From Protoeuglena noctilucae (Eukaryota), in the NCBI GenBank assembly GCA_958009085.1, contig OY253668.1, positions 1,488,001-1,552,000 of the forward strand: 64,000 bases of DNA, written 5' to 3'. The translations under genes and the position numbers were made by a program. Below, in pieces: positions 24,733 through 37,702 of the stretch; the first letter of the stretch is position 1, and the number at the start of each line of letters is the position of its first letter. The notes beneath the pieces are model-generated. The model was not told the DNA's origin and made no database searches. It saw only the letters and a list, made by a program, of their open reading frames with translations.

Positions 24733-25329
24733 CGGACTTGACAACCCCCCACGAAGGGGCGAGTTTGCGTGGGGTGGGGTGGTTAATCCGATTCCTGAGA
24801 CGAACGCGGGAGCTGGCGGCCTCCCCGGCGAGGGGTTCCTAAAATTAGTGGCAGACGTGCGACCAGGGGTCGGGGCGGCTCCTTCGCGCCACCCAGATGC
24901 CCCAAACGCGCAGACGGCCCCAGCCCGCCTTCGGCAGGGCTCGGCGGCTCAGGAAAACATCTCTGCAAGTTTTCTAGTCAATTACTTTGCCATCGCGCCC
25001 CCAAGCGGGCGGCCATCGCGAACGGGGAGCATCTTTTCGCACCTTTCCGTTCCCCCAGCCCCTGGCTCCACGCACGCGCCGATGCCGCCACTCCAGCCAC
25101 CTTTGTACCACAACCGAGTCACAGCGTGCGCGGGGGGCACATCAGTGCGCGCTGATGCTTGTCAGAGGGGCAGCTTCGTGCGCGTCAGTGTCAAAAAATT
25201 GCGCGCCGCCGCTGCGCCCTCCTCACTCCGCTTGCACACACTAACGTAACGAGAACCCTTTCAACATGCTCTGTTGCCTGGGCTTTGCAACCCCTCCACA
25301 GAGAATTCTCCTGTCCAGTCCCCAGTCGC

Positions 25330-26311
25330 TCAGTTGAAGGGCTCGACGGCCAGCTTCTTACCCCTCAGGTCGCGCATCAAGTTCGCCATCCCGATGGCTG
25401 CGGCGGATGAGAGCGGCGGCGGTGATTGTGATGACAAGAGCGCCTTGGTGCGCATGCACAGCGTCCCTGCGCGATCGGCGGCCTTCTTACCCGTGACCCC
25501 TGCCTCGAAACCCTTGTTCCCGACCTTGCCCCCGGCGCGGTCCTGGGCTTGCTCCATCGTCTCTGTCGTGATGACGCCGAAGATGGTCGGGACCCCCGTG
25601 GAAGCGCCGACGCCCTGGATGCCGGACGTGGCCGCCGAGCACACCTCGTCGTAATGAGTCGTCGCACCGCGCACCACGGCGCCGATGCACACGATGGCGT
25701 CATACTGCGCGGGGAGGGCGCACGACACCCGGTTCGCTTCGCCAGCAGGCGATGGCCGACGCGCCATGCAGCCGCGTCGACACAGAGACGTGGTGCTCGC
25801 ACCTTGCCCGTCTTGGCCATGCACTTGGCCACCACGGGCAGCTCGAAGGAACCCGGCACCCACGCGACCTCCACGTCTTGGCGCACATTGCAGCCGTGGC
25901 GGTCGAACGCTGCGGGCGTGTTCCGGGCAGGCGCCCTAACGACGAGGCCACGCGCGTGCGGCATCGCAGCCGCTGCCTGCGCCTCGGAGCTCTCACCAGA
26001 AAGGCATCCGTCCAGGAGGCGGTCCGTCACGAGGTCATTGAAGCGCCCGACCACGACCCCAAACTTGAGACCCTCTGCCCGGAGGCTGCCAACGTGCATA
26101 CTGACCTGGATGTAGTCGATTGCGACGACGTAATGTTGCAAGAACAAAGCGGCAAAGCTCAGCCAACGCAGGGCCGCGCAGGCATTCAGCACCGGCCCGG
26201 CACCTCATCCCTCAGCGCACGGGCCGCTTGGAGTCGGCCGCGGTGCAGCCCCGACGACCTCTTCCCGACCAGAGACACGGCGCTCCTAGAGCATGGCAAA
26301 GCGGCAGCCAT
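25330..26311 (-). CDS. ribH: Plastid 6,7-dimethyl-8-ribityllumazine synthase
   Basis: Transit [10 protein letters not shown].. then [66 protein letters not shown]. Confidence 0.95.
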
Positions 26312-26718
26312 GTTACCACGCGCGGCCTGGACGGATCAACAAAGCGCACAGCAGCCTTTGTGGGCAGCGAGCAGCTCTCGTTTCCCAACCAAACGTCACG
26401 TCCAGGTGACACAAAGTATTGTCCTTTTCGATGTGTTGCTTTGCATCGACGACGCGAGGACCCGAGTGCGCGTGGGTCAGCGGTATCTGGCTCTGGCGCC
26501 GACGGCCGGCGACTGGCGCCATCAGGATCGATCGTATGCGCCTCATCTCAGTCATTCACTCGTCTCGCAAGTGACTTGCGCAAGCACTCCACGATCAGAC
26601 TCCCAGAGGGTGCAGCTCGGGCACACACACATCGTCATCCATCTCAGCCCAGGCGCTCGGCCAAGCCCTGCCCTAGAGCCATCCCCCGTTAGACATTTCA
26701 CGCAAACGGTACCGTTGG

Positions 26719-27444
26719 ATGAGGGCAATTGCGCTGGGAGGACCGTCGCTGGCCCCGTGCCGGCGATGTCGCTTGTCCGCGACTGTGATGGTATGCTCGA
26801 AGGGCTTTGGGAAGGAGGATGCGCCGGTTCCTAGTGGACCGGCCTTAAACAAGCGCGGCAAGGTGTCCAGCAGGCCAGGGATTCCTCCTCGGGAAATGAT
26901 GGGGGCCCAGGAGGTGCCGGTGGCGCAGGAGGCGATGGGACAGGAGGAGGAGGAGAGGACGGAGCTGCCGCAGGTAAGGGCCTATGGACGACGCTCAAAT
27001 CAAAAATGCGGGGCCTGATGCATGCCAGAACGCCAGCAGCCGAGCAATGCTGGGCTTCCCGCGTCTCTCTGCAGGTCGTGGGGGACCGCATGCTGCGCCG
27101 CATGGCTATCTTCGCGGGCATCCCCTTCGCCGGCTCTCTCCTCTTCTTCCCCGCGTTCTATTACGTCAAGGTGACGGTCCTGCCTGCCCCGCACCATCGC
27201 TTTGCTGAGCTACCAAAGGCAGAGCGCACGGTTGCCCGGTCTCGTGCAGGTGGTGCTGGGCGTGGACGTGCCAAGCTTCGTCGTCTACGCCATCTCGGTC
27301 GCGGGGCTCGGCGGCTCCCTCCTGGGCATCAGCTACGGGGTGCTGTCCACCTCATGGGACCCACGGCGTGAGGGGACGTTCCTCGGCGCCGCAGAGTTTC
27401 GTTCAAACCTCCCTGCGCTGATGCAGAGGCTGGGGCGCAAGTGA
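26719..27444 (+). CDS. PAM68: PAM68 thylakoid photosystem II assembly factor
   Basis: Three exons: transit..KGFG..ELPQ|VVGDRMLRRMAIFAGIP..|..GISYGVLSTSWDPRREGTFLG. Confidence 0.9.
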
Positions 27445-27548
27445 CGCAGAAAGGACGACTGCTCGTCTGGCAAGCGGGTGGGGGCGTGCTTGGGTGTGGG
27501 AACTGATGACAGGTTGAATGCATGAAGACTACCAGCACTCCACTGGCG

Positions 27549-28493
27549 TCATCGGATGATCTCCGCGTCGATCGTGTCGCCCCTGCCGCCGCCCTTGCCG
27601 CCCCGACCGCCGCCCACGGGCACGTTGATGGAGCGACCGCCGGGAAGCATCACCACAGCGCTGCGAGCACCGCGCCACACACCGACCCTGCCACGTGCGG
27701 CCCGCAAGCAAAGTGTGGTGCGCTGCAGTGCCCTCGTCACCTGGTAGTCCTGGGGATACCGCGGCCCTCGGACGACGCGATCGATGCCTGGGCCGACCCT
27801 CGGGGACCCGACACAGCGACGACCATGTTGAGCTGCGAGGAAGTCACGCCGTTTACGCTGCTCTTGCTCATGCTCTGGCTCAGGGGCCCTGACACTTGGA
27901 CGGGCGTCCCCAGCGCCTCCTGGACGCGGCGATCTGCTTGTATCGCGTCCGACGCCTCCTCGAGAGCCCCCCGCGCCTCAGCCTGGGCCTCTTGCAGCGC
28001 CCCCGCGACACCCTGTGAAGCAGCGAGGCTCGCTTCGACACCTGTATGCAAAACGCGTGAAGTTGGCACCTGCGGAAGGGTGTCGCACCTGGATCGCGGT
28101 CCCGACAAGCCCGCCAATGGCCCGGCCGAGCAAGCCGCCCCCGAAGAGAGGCGCGAGGGACTTGGCATCCGGGGACGAAGGCCGCTCCCACTGCGCCTCC
28201 ACACGGTCCACCCGGCGGCCTGAAGGGGCCGGCCCATCGGCCCTCCGAGCCACTAGGCCGCGGACCGAGTCCGTGGCCTTCCTCGCCACCTCCCTGGCCA
28301 GGCCCGCGGCCTCCTTCCCGATCTCTTTCCACGAACGACCCTTCGCCTCACCGTCGCTATCGCGGCCCTCCCGGCGCGCCGCGCAGGCCACCGAGCTCCG
28401 TGTCATTCGCGCGTGCTTAGGGAGGCCGCCGGGGACACGGTAGACTACCGAGCGCCCGGCCGTTCGGCACTGTAACGACGTCATCGCTCTCAT
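27549..28493 (-). CDS. Conserved plastid-targeted protein of unknown function
   Basis: Transit-like MRAMTSLQCR.., GGGLLGRAIGG, IQADRRVQEALGTPVQVSGPLSQSMSKSSVNG, VSGPRGSA, C-terminal DTIDAEIIR*. Confidence 0.7.
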
Positions 28494-28675
28494 CGGTGCT
28501 GCAAGCGACTCGGGAGATGTCCCTCCAGCTCTGCTAGAGCTCAACCGTGCTGCCCTCGTTCACAAGGTCTGCTCGCGGGCGCGGTGACGATTCGGCGCCT
28601 CTACTCCACACGATGACAATACTTGTTTTCAGCTCGAAGTGATTTCAACGGACAAACGCTCAAGATCGGTGCCAG

Positions 28676-31600
28676 TCAAGGACTCTGGCGCGGCGCTGCC
28701 GACAGCGACGCCCACACGCCCTCCTCCGCGACCGCCGCCGCCCATCCGACGGCCTGCGCGGCGGTCCATGTCTCGGGCGGCCCGAACGCCTCTGCCGCAG
28801 CGGCGAGGAGGGCCGCTGCGTGGGGTGCTGACCCATCCGTCGGCGCGTCCCTCCACGCCCGGCAGGCAGCCCGCAGCACCGCCGGCACGTCCCGCGCCGC
28901 ACGCATCCCCGCCCGCAGCGCCGCCATCGCCAGCGCCCGGGCGTCCACCGGTAGCGCGGCCGTGCCCAAGAGCCTCAGGAGCTCGGACGCCACCTCCTGG
29001 GACTTGCTGGAAGCACAAGGGTAGGCAGATGAGCGTCGTGTAGCCACTGCATGGCCGTGCGACGAGACGCAGATTATCTGCTTATCCGAATTGTGCCAAC
29101 GGACATCCACACACCACCCTTGACGCTCACGCGACACACGGTCCCCCTCCCTCGCACCTGATGTACGCGCCCACCCCAGGGTGGTCCAAGAGGTGCGCTG
29201 TCACGTGGCACGCGGCCAATAGCACCCGCGCCGAGGGGCTGGAGAGGGCCCCTGCCGCGACCGACAGCGACTGGGCCAGGAGCGCCCCGTCTCGGTCCTC
29301 GTGCCCGTCCTCTGCCCTCGCGAGACCTTCCAAAGAGGCTAACGGACCGGACCCTCCCCGAGTCCCTGCCTTCCCCTGCTCCGCTCTCACAGCCGCAAGC
29401 ACCGCGCACAGGGCGTGCAGCCCATACGGCTGCACTTTGTCGGACACGTCCCTGCCCAGCTCCAGCGCCGTGGGCCACAGCACGCGCGCCATAGCGGCGC
29501 CGCCCGCCTCGCACAGAGCCCGGGCCGTGTCCGCCGCGGCACCCCGCGCCCCCACGCCTCCGCTCGACGCCACGGCCCGCACCGCGTTGGCGATGTCCTT
29601 GAGGGTCGGCCCGTGCGCCGGCGCTGCGAGGTCATCCCAGCGCCGGGCCACCTGTGCCAGCACGCGGCACGCCGCCGCTGCCGGCAGGCCCCGCCGTTCC
29701 CCAGCGTCCGAGCCCCCATGGCCCCCCCGGGCCGCCTCCCGCAGCACCGCCAGCGCGGCGGTCAGCAGGGCCTCGACGGCCTCCCCGCGAGCCATCCACA
29801 GACAGGCGTCCGACGTGGCTGCGGCCGTGAGCGCTGCGACGCGCACCGCGGCGACCGGGTGCGCCAGCCCCGCCACGATGCCACGCTCCAAGGCAGGCTG
29901 GGCATCGCGGCTCGCTCCGCCGACCCCCGCTGCGGCCGCTCCAGCCAGCTGCAGGCACTGCGCCGCGGCCCGCCCCCACCCCTCGTCCTCTCGCGCTGCC
30001 GACATGAGTGCCTCGGCCAGCGCTGCGACGTCTGCCGCTGATGCCGGAGCGAGGCCCCCAAACGCATCGACCAGGCCCCTCAGGGCCGTCAACGAATCCT
30101 GCAGAAGCTTCTTGCTGGCGCGCGACCGCGCCTGCGCCATTAGCGTATCCGCGAGCGGCGCCACGGGTCGTGCATCCAGAGGCACCTTGGACCCCACCGC
30201 CTGCGCCACCGCCTGCACCACTGCCTCCTGCACGCACAACAGGCACGTGCGGATGAGGCGCACCGGGAGACAGCCCCATCAGGCATGCCGTGTCGACTAC
30301 ATGTGACTCCACCACGCTGCTCCACTAGCTAAGCCACCTAGCAGCCGTGGCTCACCTGAAGGGGCAAGTGCGCATCAGCCGCCGCAGGGCCCGCCGGCAC
30401 GCGCTCGAGAGCCTCCATCGCCACGCGCAACACGCACAAAAGCACGGCCTCTGGCAGGCTCGCGTACGGCGTGATGGCCGTCAGAGACGCCAGCACTTGG
30501 GCTGCAGCAAGGGCCTCCAGCCACATCCCTGAAGCGGCCGCCCGCCGGAGGGCCACGAGCGTCCCCTCGTGCAGCCGGAGCGCCATCTGCCCCGCACGCT
30601 CCGACGCCGGCGTGAACCCACGCCGCGCGCCCCAGCTCCCGCGCCGCGCCATGGCCATCGCCATGTGCCGCCGCGCGTCGGCCGGCGCAAGCAGGGCACG
30701 CAGGGCGGACGCGGCCGCCACACGCAGCCCCTCGTCGCGCCCCCTGGCCGCCAGCCACGCCAGCCACTCACAGAGGCGCAAGGCGCCCCCCGCACCCGCT
30801 GGCCCGGGCGTGACGAGCGTCACGGCGCCCCCCACGCTCATCTCCAACACCGCATCCAGCACTGCCCCCGCCGCCGCACCACGCGACCCCGCATTGCCGC
30901 TGTCCCGCTCCTCGCTCGTCGAGCCCCCCTCCCGCACGGGCGGCCCTTCACGGACCACGCTCTCGGGCGATGCATGCACCTCAACATCCACGGCGGCAGC
31001 CAAGGCAGACACGAGCGTCCCCGCGGTCTCCAGAGCGCAGCCACCCCGTGCCGTACAGAGGCGGTTGGCGGCGTGCGCCAGCCCGACCCAGAGGAGGCCG
31101 ACGTCCTCAGTCGGAGATGCGAGCGAACGAGGTGCCTCTGCGCGCCCACAAGGCGGCCCAGACTCCATCGTGAGCCCGCCGGCAGCCGCGGTGGCGGCGG
31201 CGCGTGCGAGGGCAGAGACGGCGTCAGCACACTCTGTCGCCGAGAGCTGCGCGCCGTCGGGCAGCGTCGCGGACACGTGGGCGATGACAGCTCCGCACAG
31301 CGCGAGCGAAGGGCGGATGGCTGGCCCAGGGGCTGCGTCCTTCGCCCCCGACTCCGCCAGCCATGCCGCGTGCCTGGCCGTGCACTGGATTGCCGTCAGA
31401 GCGTGGGCCACGTCGCCAGGCCCACATGTCCCCGGACTGCGACGGAAACGAGCCGGGGCAGACGTGATGGCGCCTGCAGGGACGCTCCCAGGCGACCGTA
31501 GCTGGCCCTCGCTTAAGCGTGCTCACCAGGCTGCCAAGAGCACCGGGATGGGTTCCAGAGCGGATGGTCTTCCGAGGAGCAGAGCGTGTTGCGAGAGGCT

Positions 31601-32150
31601 GGCGGCCAAGCCCACACACCCGGGCACCCCCAGCACCTGCGACAGCGTCCGGACCAGACCGCCCAAGGCACCCTCCGCAGCGTCCAGCTCCCGCTGTGCT
31701 GCGGACCGCGCGGCCCCGGCGCGGCCCGCGAAGCTCTCCGCGCCCCGGTCCCAGCAACCAGCCATGCGGATGTAGAGCGCCTGACTCAGCGCCCTGAGGA
31801 GCTGGCGGGCCTCCATCGACGCCGCATGCTGGGCCCAGGTGTTGGGCTCCGGGGACGACGGGCCGCCGACCGCCACGAGCACATCGGAGAGGCCGAGCAG
31901 GATGGGCTCCAGTGGGGCGGATGTGGGTGCCGGAGAGGGCTCGGACGATAGGATCGCATCGGACGCGAGCTGCGAGGGCCGGCACGTTGCAACTCCCTGG
32001 TGCTGCAGGGCCAGGCGACCAGAGCCCGGCGTGGGCGTGATGCAGCTTACCAGGGTATTCGCAAGCGTGCCGAGGAAAGCGTGTGCATCCTCCATCGCCC
32101 CGTCTACGAGCGTCAACCAGTGCTGGGAGTGCAACGTCCCTTCCCAATGC
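28676..32150 (-). CDS. HEAT-repeat protein, HEATR6/DUF4042-like
   Basis: Long Ala/Leu-rich helical exons; GFTPASERAGQMALRLHEGTL..LTAITPYASLP and RDVSDKV resemble HEATR6; first exon unresolved. Confidence 0.7.
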
Positions 32151-32370
32151 TAAAGAGAGCCCAGCGAGAGACCCCATGAGTCCCACCCCCGCTCTCGTCC
32201 AGTTGCACGCGCGCGCACACACAAAGGGCGAGAGCAATCGACACGTCGCGTTTGAAACTTATTTAACCACGCCACCGCCGTCTGCGCCCCTGGGCCGCGC
32301 ATGCAGTCTTTGTTTTCATCCCGTCGTTGCGATCGACTACGACCTCATGCGGTCGTCCACGTGGTGAAGA

Positions 32371-34849
32371 ATGTCCTCGCTGACCCACTGGACGGTGGAG
32401 GTGAGCAGCAGGCCGACTGTCACGGTGGTCTTTTTATCGTATAGACGACGGCGCAGCGCGCGGAACCCTCTCCCCGCGGGGTGTGTTGCCCTGGGCCGCG
32501 GCCCCTCCCTGCCTCTCCGACCCGCCTGCTCCTCGGGCCTGTGCCGCAGGAGGACGAGAAGCTCCGTCAACTCGTGGCCCAGCTCGGACCTAAGCGCTGG
32601 TCGGACATCGCGAAGGAGCTGGGCAGCAAGGGGCCCAAACAGGTGCGTCCCCGCTCGAGTGCGAGGGAGGGGCGGCCGCAGCTCCCCGTTGCGCAGCGCA
32701 GCGAGTATCCAGGACCTGATGCGCCTGTGGTGTTTGTTCCTCGCATCGTCCGGGGGCCAGTGTCGTCCCATGGCACCCTCGAAGGGGCGGTTCCTATGGC
32801 AGCTCCCGCGCTTTCCCGGGACTCTCATTTGCGCCAGGCCGCCGTCTCCTCGTCCCCCGTGTTCACGAGGAGCCGTGCGCGTGTCCCGGCCGCGCATATA
32901 GGCGAAGTCCCCGTCGCATGCAGTGTCGACGTCGATGGAAGAACTACCTTGACGCGGAGCTCAAGCAGGGCGCCTGGACCGAGGAGGAGGACAGGAAGCT
33001 GTTGGAAGCGCACGATACGCTGGGGAACAAGTGGACGGACATCGCCAAGGTCGTGGGCGGGAGGACGGACAATGCGGTGAAGAACCGCTTTGCGGCGCTC
33101 CAGAAGCGTATCAAGGCGTCGGGAGGCTCGCGCCGCAAGCGGCCACGCTACACCCAGGACGGCTCGATCCTCGGGCTCAACGTCGAGACCGCGCCTGTCG
33201 GCATGGGCTTCCCTAGCACGTCCGGAGGCATGGGCACGCTGGCTAGCCCCGTGGGGATGGCCCTGAGCTCCGGCATGATGCCCCCATCCCACAAGGAGCG
33301 TGCGACGCTGCGATTGAGCCCTTGCGGCGTGCGGAATCGCAAGCGGATTGCGCGGGAGCCGCTGCTGCCAGGTCAAGACCGGCCGCCTCCCCGCCCACCC
33401 GCCGCAGGCCAGCCTGCAGATCCCTGGCCTGAGCATGCCGTCGCCCGTCCTGACGCCGACGGGCACGACCGGCCTCACGCCGCTCGGGAACTCCCTCTTC
33501 CCGAGCCTGACCACGACCATGACGATGGGCTTCGGCGCCAGCACGAGCCTCCCCATGCCTACGATGAACAGCCCCCTGGGCCTCGGGTCGGAAGGGGGCC
33601 TCAGCTCCAGCCGGTCCCTCGGCCTCTCCGTGGCGATCCCCAACGACCCTTCCGCCCCGCCCATGGCCGGTGAGGCGACGCGCGCGGCTGGCCCTCTGAA
33701 TGTCGTCGGTCGCATCTGCGCTGCCCCTCGCGTGCACGCGGCCGGAGAGCCAGTTCGTGGATTCAGAGGGTGTGACCTGCTCCGCCGCCCGCGGCCCCTC
33801 GCGCAGGCGACACCAGCCAGCTGGGGGTCGTGACGGCGCACGTGACGCGCGAGAGCCTCACCGCGGCCGAGCTGAGCCTGATCCCGGACATCAACGCGTC
33901 CACGCCGTTCAATATCCTCGTGGAGGACCAGCCCATCACGATGCAGCGGGCAGACGAGCTGTCCCGCCAGTACTCTGCCCGGGGCAATGGGCGACTGGTG
34001 AGCGCAGCGGGCGTGTCGCTGCTCGGCGGGCCCCGACTGCGCCAGGGCGCGGCGTAGTGCGCTGCATCTGGGAGTTGGCTGCCCACATGACATGTGGCGT
34101 GCGTCTCGTGCCGCAGGCAGACGTGCAGGATGTGCTGGCCTGGTTCTCCACACCGCGCGCGGGGGCCAGGGCGAGCGTGGACGCAAACGACGCGTCGACG
34201 TCGGCACCTGGGAACGGCTCCGACCTCGTCCCTATGAAGCAGGAGCACAGGTGTGGGTCCCCGCGTATTGCATACCCCGGCAGCATGCCGCGGGGGTCCT
34301 GTTAGGGAGGTTCCGGCGTGCGCTGACATGCGCTGCGATTCTTTTGGCCGTCGCAGAAGCGTGCTGGCGCGGGTGGTGCAGATCTCGCAGCACCAGCGGG
34401 AGGTCGCGCGGCAGGCGCAAGCGACCAAAGAGCGCGCGAGGCAGGAGGCCGCCGCCGCCGCCCAGCGGGCGCTGTCTGAGGCGAGGGAGAGCCTACGGGC
34501 GCAGGGAGGGGGGCAGGGAGGGGCACAAGTGGGGAAAGGGGCGGAGCCGGGGGCGGGCGACGGGGGGGGTGGGCAGGGGGGTGCACCAGACCCGGGGGTG
34601 TCGGGGGCGGCGGCAGCGGGGGACATGGGGAACGGGGCGGACGCCGCGCAGAGCTTCGACCTCAGCCGGGGGCTCTTCGAGGACGACAGCCTGCAGCTGA
34701 GCGGGGTGCTGCCGTCGCTGGACGACGAGGAGATGCGGCTGCTGAGCCGCGTGCTGCAGGACACCTCGGTGCCGCTCGGGACGCCCGGGTCGTTACCATC
34801 CTTCAACATCTTCCGCAGCCCGCGGAGGAAGAGCCGGCATCGGCGCTGA
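32371..34849 (+). CDS. R2R3-MYB transcription factor (FOUR LIPS/MYB88-like)
   Basis: MSSLTHWTVE|EDEKLRQLV..WSDIA..KQ|CRRRWKNYL..WTEEED..GNKWTDIAKVVGGRTDNAVKNRF; TGA at 34849. Confidence 0.88.
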
Positions 34850-35749
34850 GACGCGCCGAGTGTGCGCCGAGTGCGCTCATGTGGAGCTGTGGCGGCTTGC
34901 ACGCGCCTGCAGGCGCTGTGCGCTCCTTTTTGCCTGTTCTATTATTGTTTGTGGGTGTGCTTGCATGCGTTAGCCAGCCATGGGCACTAGGCCTGTCAAC
35001 ACGTGTGCCAGAGTGAATGGAACGGCCAGTACAGATGCGGCCCCGGACACGCGTCGTGGACAGACCTTTGCGGCATGCGCAGTACACCCGTGTGGACAGC
35101 TGAAGGTGGGGAGCTAGCTCCGACTCACGTCTGGGCCCTTTGCGTGGGACATTGCGCACCGCGCCGCTGTGGAGGATGCCTACTTTACTTTATATGCTGG
35201 TGGAAATGGTCTCGTCCTCTTAGAGGCTTGTTGCGGAGCGGCGCGGGCCTCGGATGCCTGCCGAGATGTGCCGTCGGTCCCCGCTGCCCATGCCTCTGGA
35301 GGCCCTTCCTTTGCGAGCGGCTTGTTTCGTTACTCCTCGCGAGGTCGGCGTGGGGTGCTGCCCGCATCCAACGTCCATTGGCAGCCTCCAGACTGCCAGC
35401 GAGGGCGGGGCTCATGTCACGGGGCTTCCCACGCCACCGTCGCATAGCCACGCCGTCCGAGCCGTGCGGCGCAAGCATGTTTACGATGTTCATTTGACTG
35501 CCATGTCAAACCGTCCCCCGGATGGCCCTTTCAGCCTGGGCTGCCACCTGCGCATGCGGCGCTTGTCGCGGTCTTTCGCGCGGTGGCCGGGTCCCCGACC
35601 TCAAACTGTGGTCACATGAGCTGCGTTATACGCGCCTGCTCCTCAACGATGTGACACCCGCGCCCCTCGCAGGTAGAGGCGTTCAGCCAGGTGGGCACGG
35701 TCACCACGCCCACTTCCGCCCCCGGCGCGCGGGAGCCGGCGCGTGAAAG

Positions 35750-37612
35750 ATGGGAGGCGAGGGCAAGACGACCAAGATTAAGGCGCCGAAGTGCGCCGAG
35801 GTCATGCCGAAGGTGACGGCCGGCGCTCGCCAGCCATCTAGCCGAGGTCCAGCTGCGGCCCTCTCAACTCGCCTTTGCCGTCGCCCGCAGCGAGAGCTGA
35901 AGCCCATCTCGGAAGCAGAGAAGAAGGAGATTCGTCGCAAGGAGGCTCTCTTGCTCGGCACGTTCTCCGCGCCCAGCTACATCGACGTCTACGATGGCAA
36001 GACGCCCGTCCCGTACGGCTTCCGGGCCCCGGACCGCTCCAACTTCCGCGATCTGCCGCCGATCAAGAAGGGCGAGGAGGACATCAAGCCGGAGCAGTGG
36101 TGCGGGGCCCGCGCCTGCCGTGCCTGTGACGGTCTATAGCCCACCCGCCAGCCATGCGCGCGCCTGGGACAAGGGACCTGCGCGTTCGCGACGGCACAAC
36201 GGCGCTCCGTCTGCCCCTCCTCTGCAGGGAGAAAACCAACCCGGGCAAGCTAGGCAAGACGCCCGACGTCCTGTTCCAGCACGGCCTGCACCTGGAGGAG
36301 CTCAAGCGGAGGGGCAAGGACGACTCGGACAGAGACAAGGACGCGTGGAAGAAGGAGTACGTGAAGACGCACGACGCGTACCAGGCGAGGCGCACGCGTC
36401 GGGGGCGGAGGGGTCGGTGGGGCTCCGCGCCGATCACCGGCCCTTGGGACATCGATGCTAACGCCCGGCCCGCGCCGCCCGTTCCCGCAGGACAAGGTGG
36501 CGTACAACAAGGACGCCCTGACGCAGGTTTTGAAAAAGGAGGGCGGCGACGGCGTGGGCCTTCAGGAGGTGTTCCATGGGGGCGACCGCACCACGGTGGG
36601 TGGCGGGCTCATCTCACGCGCTCGTCACGGCCCGAGTCGGATGGGAGGGGGTGGCAAAGCTGACAGCCGCTTGCATTCGTACTCGCAGTACCAAATGAAG
36701 ATGAAGCAGTTCAAGGGGCAGAAGCAGAAGGTCGGGGACGACCTCCAGCCCGTCATGGGGTCGCTGCGGTGAGCGAGGGAGTGCCCGGGAGTGACCGGGG
36801 TTGCCCATCGCGTGCACCTGTGGCATGGGTCACGAGACCTGCGCGGAGACCCTACGCGGCGACCCCGGCAGTGCAGCGTCGCCGCGGCTGAGGTTGACGC
36901 CACCCCTGCGCCTCCCGATGCACGCAGAGGCTTCCTGTCCTCAGACTTCGCCAAGCGCGACGAGTTCACACTCACCTTCCGCACCGAGCAATACCGCGAG
37001 CAGCTGACGCAGGAGGACAAGTTCGCGAAGCGCGGCATTGAGCTCATGGCGTCTCTTGGCAACGGGCCCTCCGAGGTGCGCCGCGGAGCGATTGCGTCGC
37101 CGCCGCCCGGTCGAGCCCGCTCTCGCGCCTGCTCTGACCGTCCTCTGGTCGCCTGACGCTCCATCTCGCCCTTGGTGGCCCGCAGGAGGACCTGGCGGTG
37201 GCCCGGGAGAGCATGCGCAAGGACCCGCCCCCGCTCCTGTTCGACTTGGTGTTTGAGAAGCCCGAGCTGACCAAGTCGGCGCGCGACTCGTGGACCCGCG
37301 TCAAGCGGGACACGCTCAACCCCACCCAGCTGTCCCGGGGGCGCACGTGGGGCACGTACAAGACCACGGTGCGGGCCGCTGGCGTGGGGTGGCTGTCCAG
37401 CCGTCGCTTGCTTTCACAAGGACCCAGCGGGCGTCGCGCCAGGGTCTGACACTTGCTCGACTCCTACGCGCATGCAGAGCTTGCAGCACTTCCAGCCCCC
37501 GCCGGACCACGACAAGCCCGAGTTTGGTCGCAAGCCCATCATCCGCGACACGTTCTACCGCAAAACGAACATCTTCTTCCCCAAGGGCGCCACGAGCGAG
37601 CCCCGGAACTGA
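35750..37612 (+). CDS. Basic hydrophilic protein, probable flagellar-associated protein
   Basis: About 8 exons with strong GC3 bias; GFLSSDFAKRDEFT..RTEQYREQL, RDTLNPTQLS, KPEFGRKPIIRDTFYRKTNIFFP. Coding status is solid; the flagellar assignment is from recollection only. Confidence 0.6.
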
Positions 37613-37702
37613 GAACACCACACCCCCGGCATGCGCAGGGCACAGGCCTTCAGGGTCTGGCTCGCCCTTTGCGCCAGCCCCGCGTCGGTGGGGTGTCCTG
37701 CC

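Noticed and set aside
29161..31775. Long plus-strand ORFs (381 and 434 aa)
   Set aside because: Antisense to the HEATR6-like exons.
33290..33410. Possible GA-AG intron (AAG|GAGCGT) in the MYB gene
   Set aside because: A canonical in-phase GT donor at 33329 also restores the frame, so GA is not required.
34490..34640. G-run cluster (G-quadruplex-like)
   Set aside because: Explained by Gly-rich codons with G-ending bias; common in this window.
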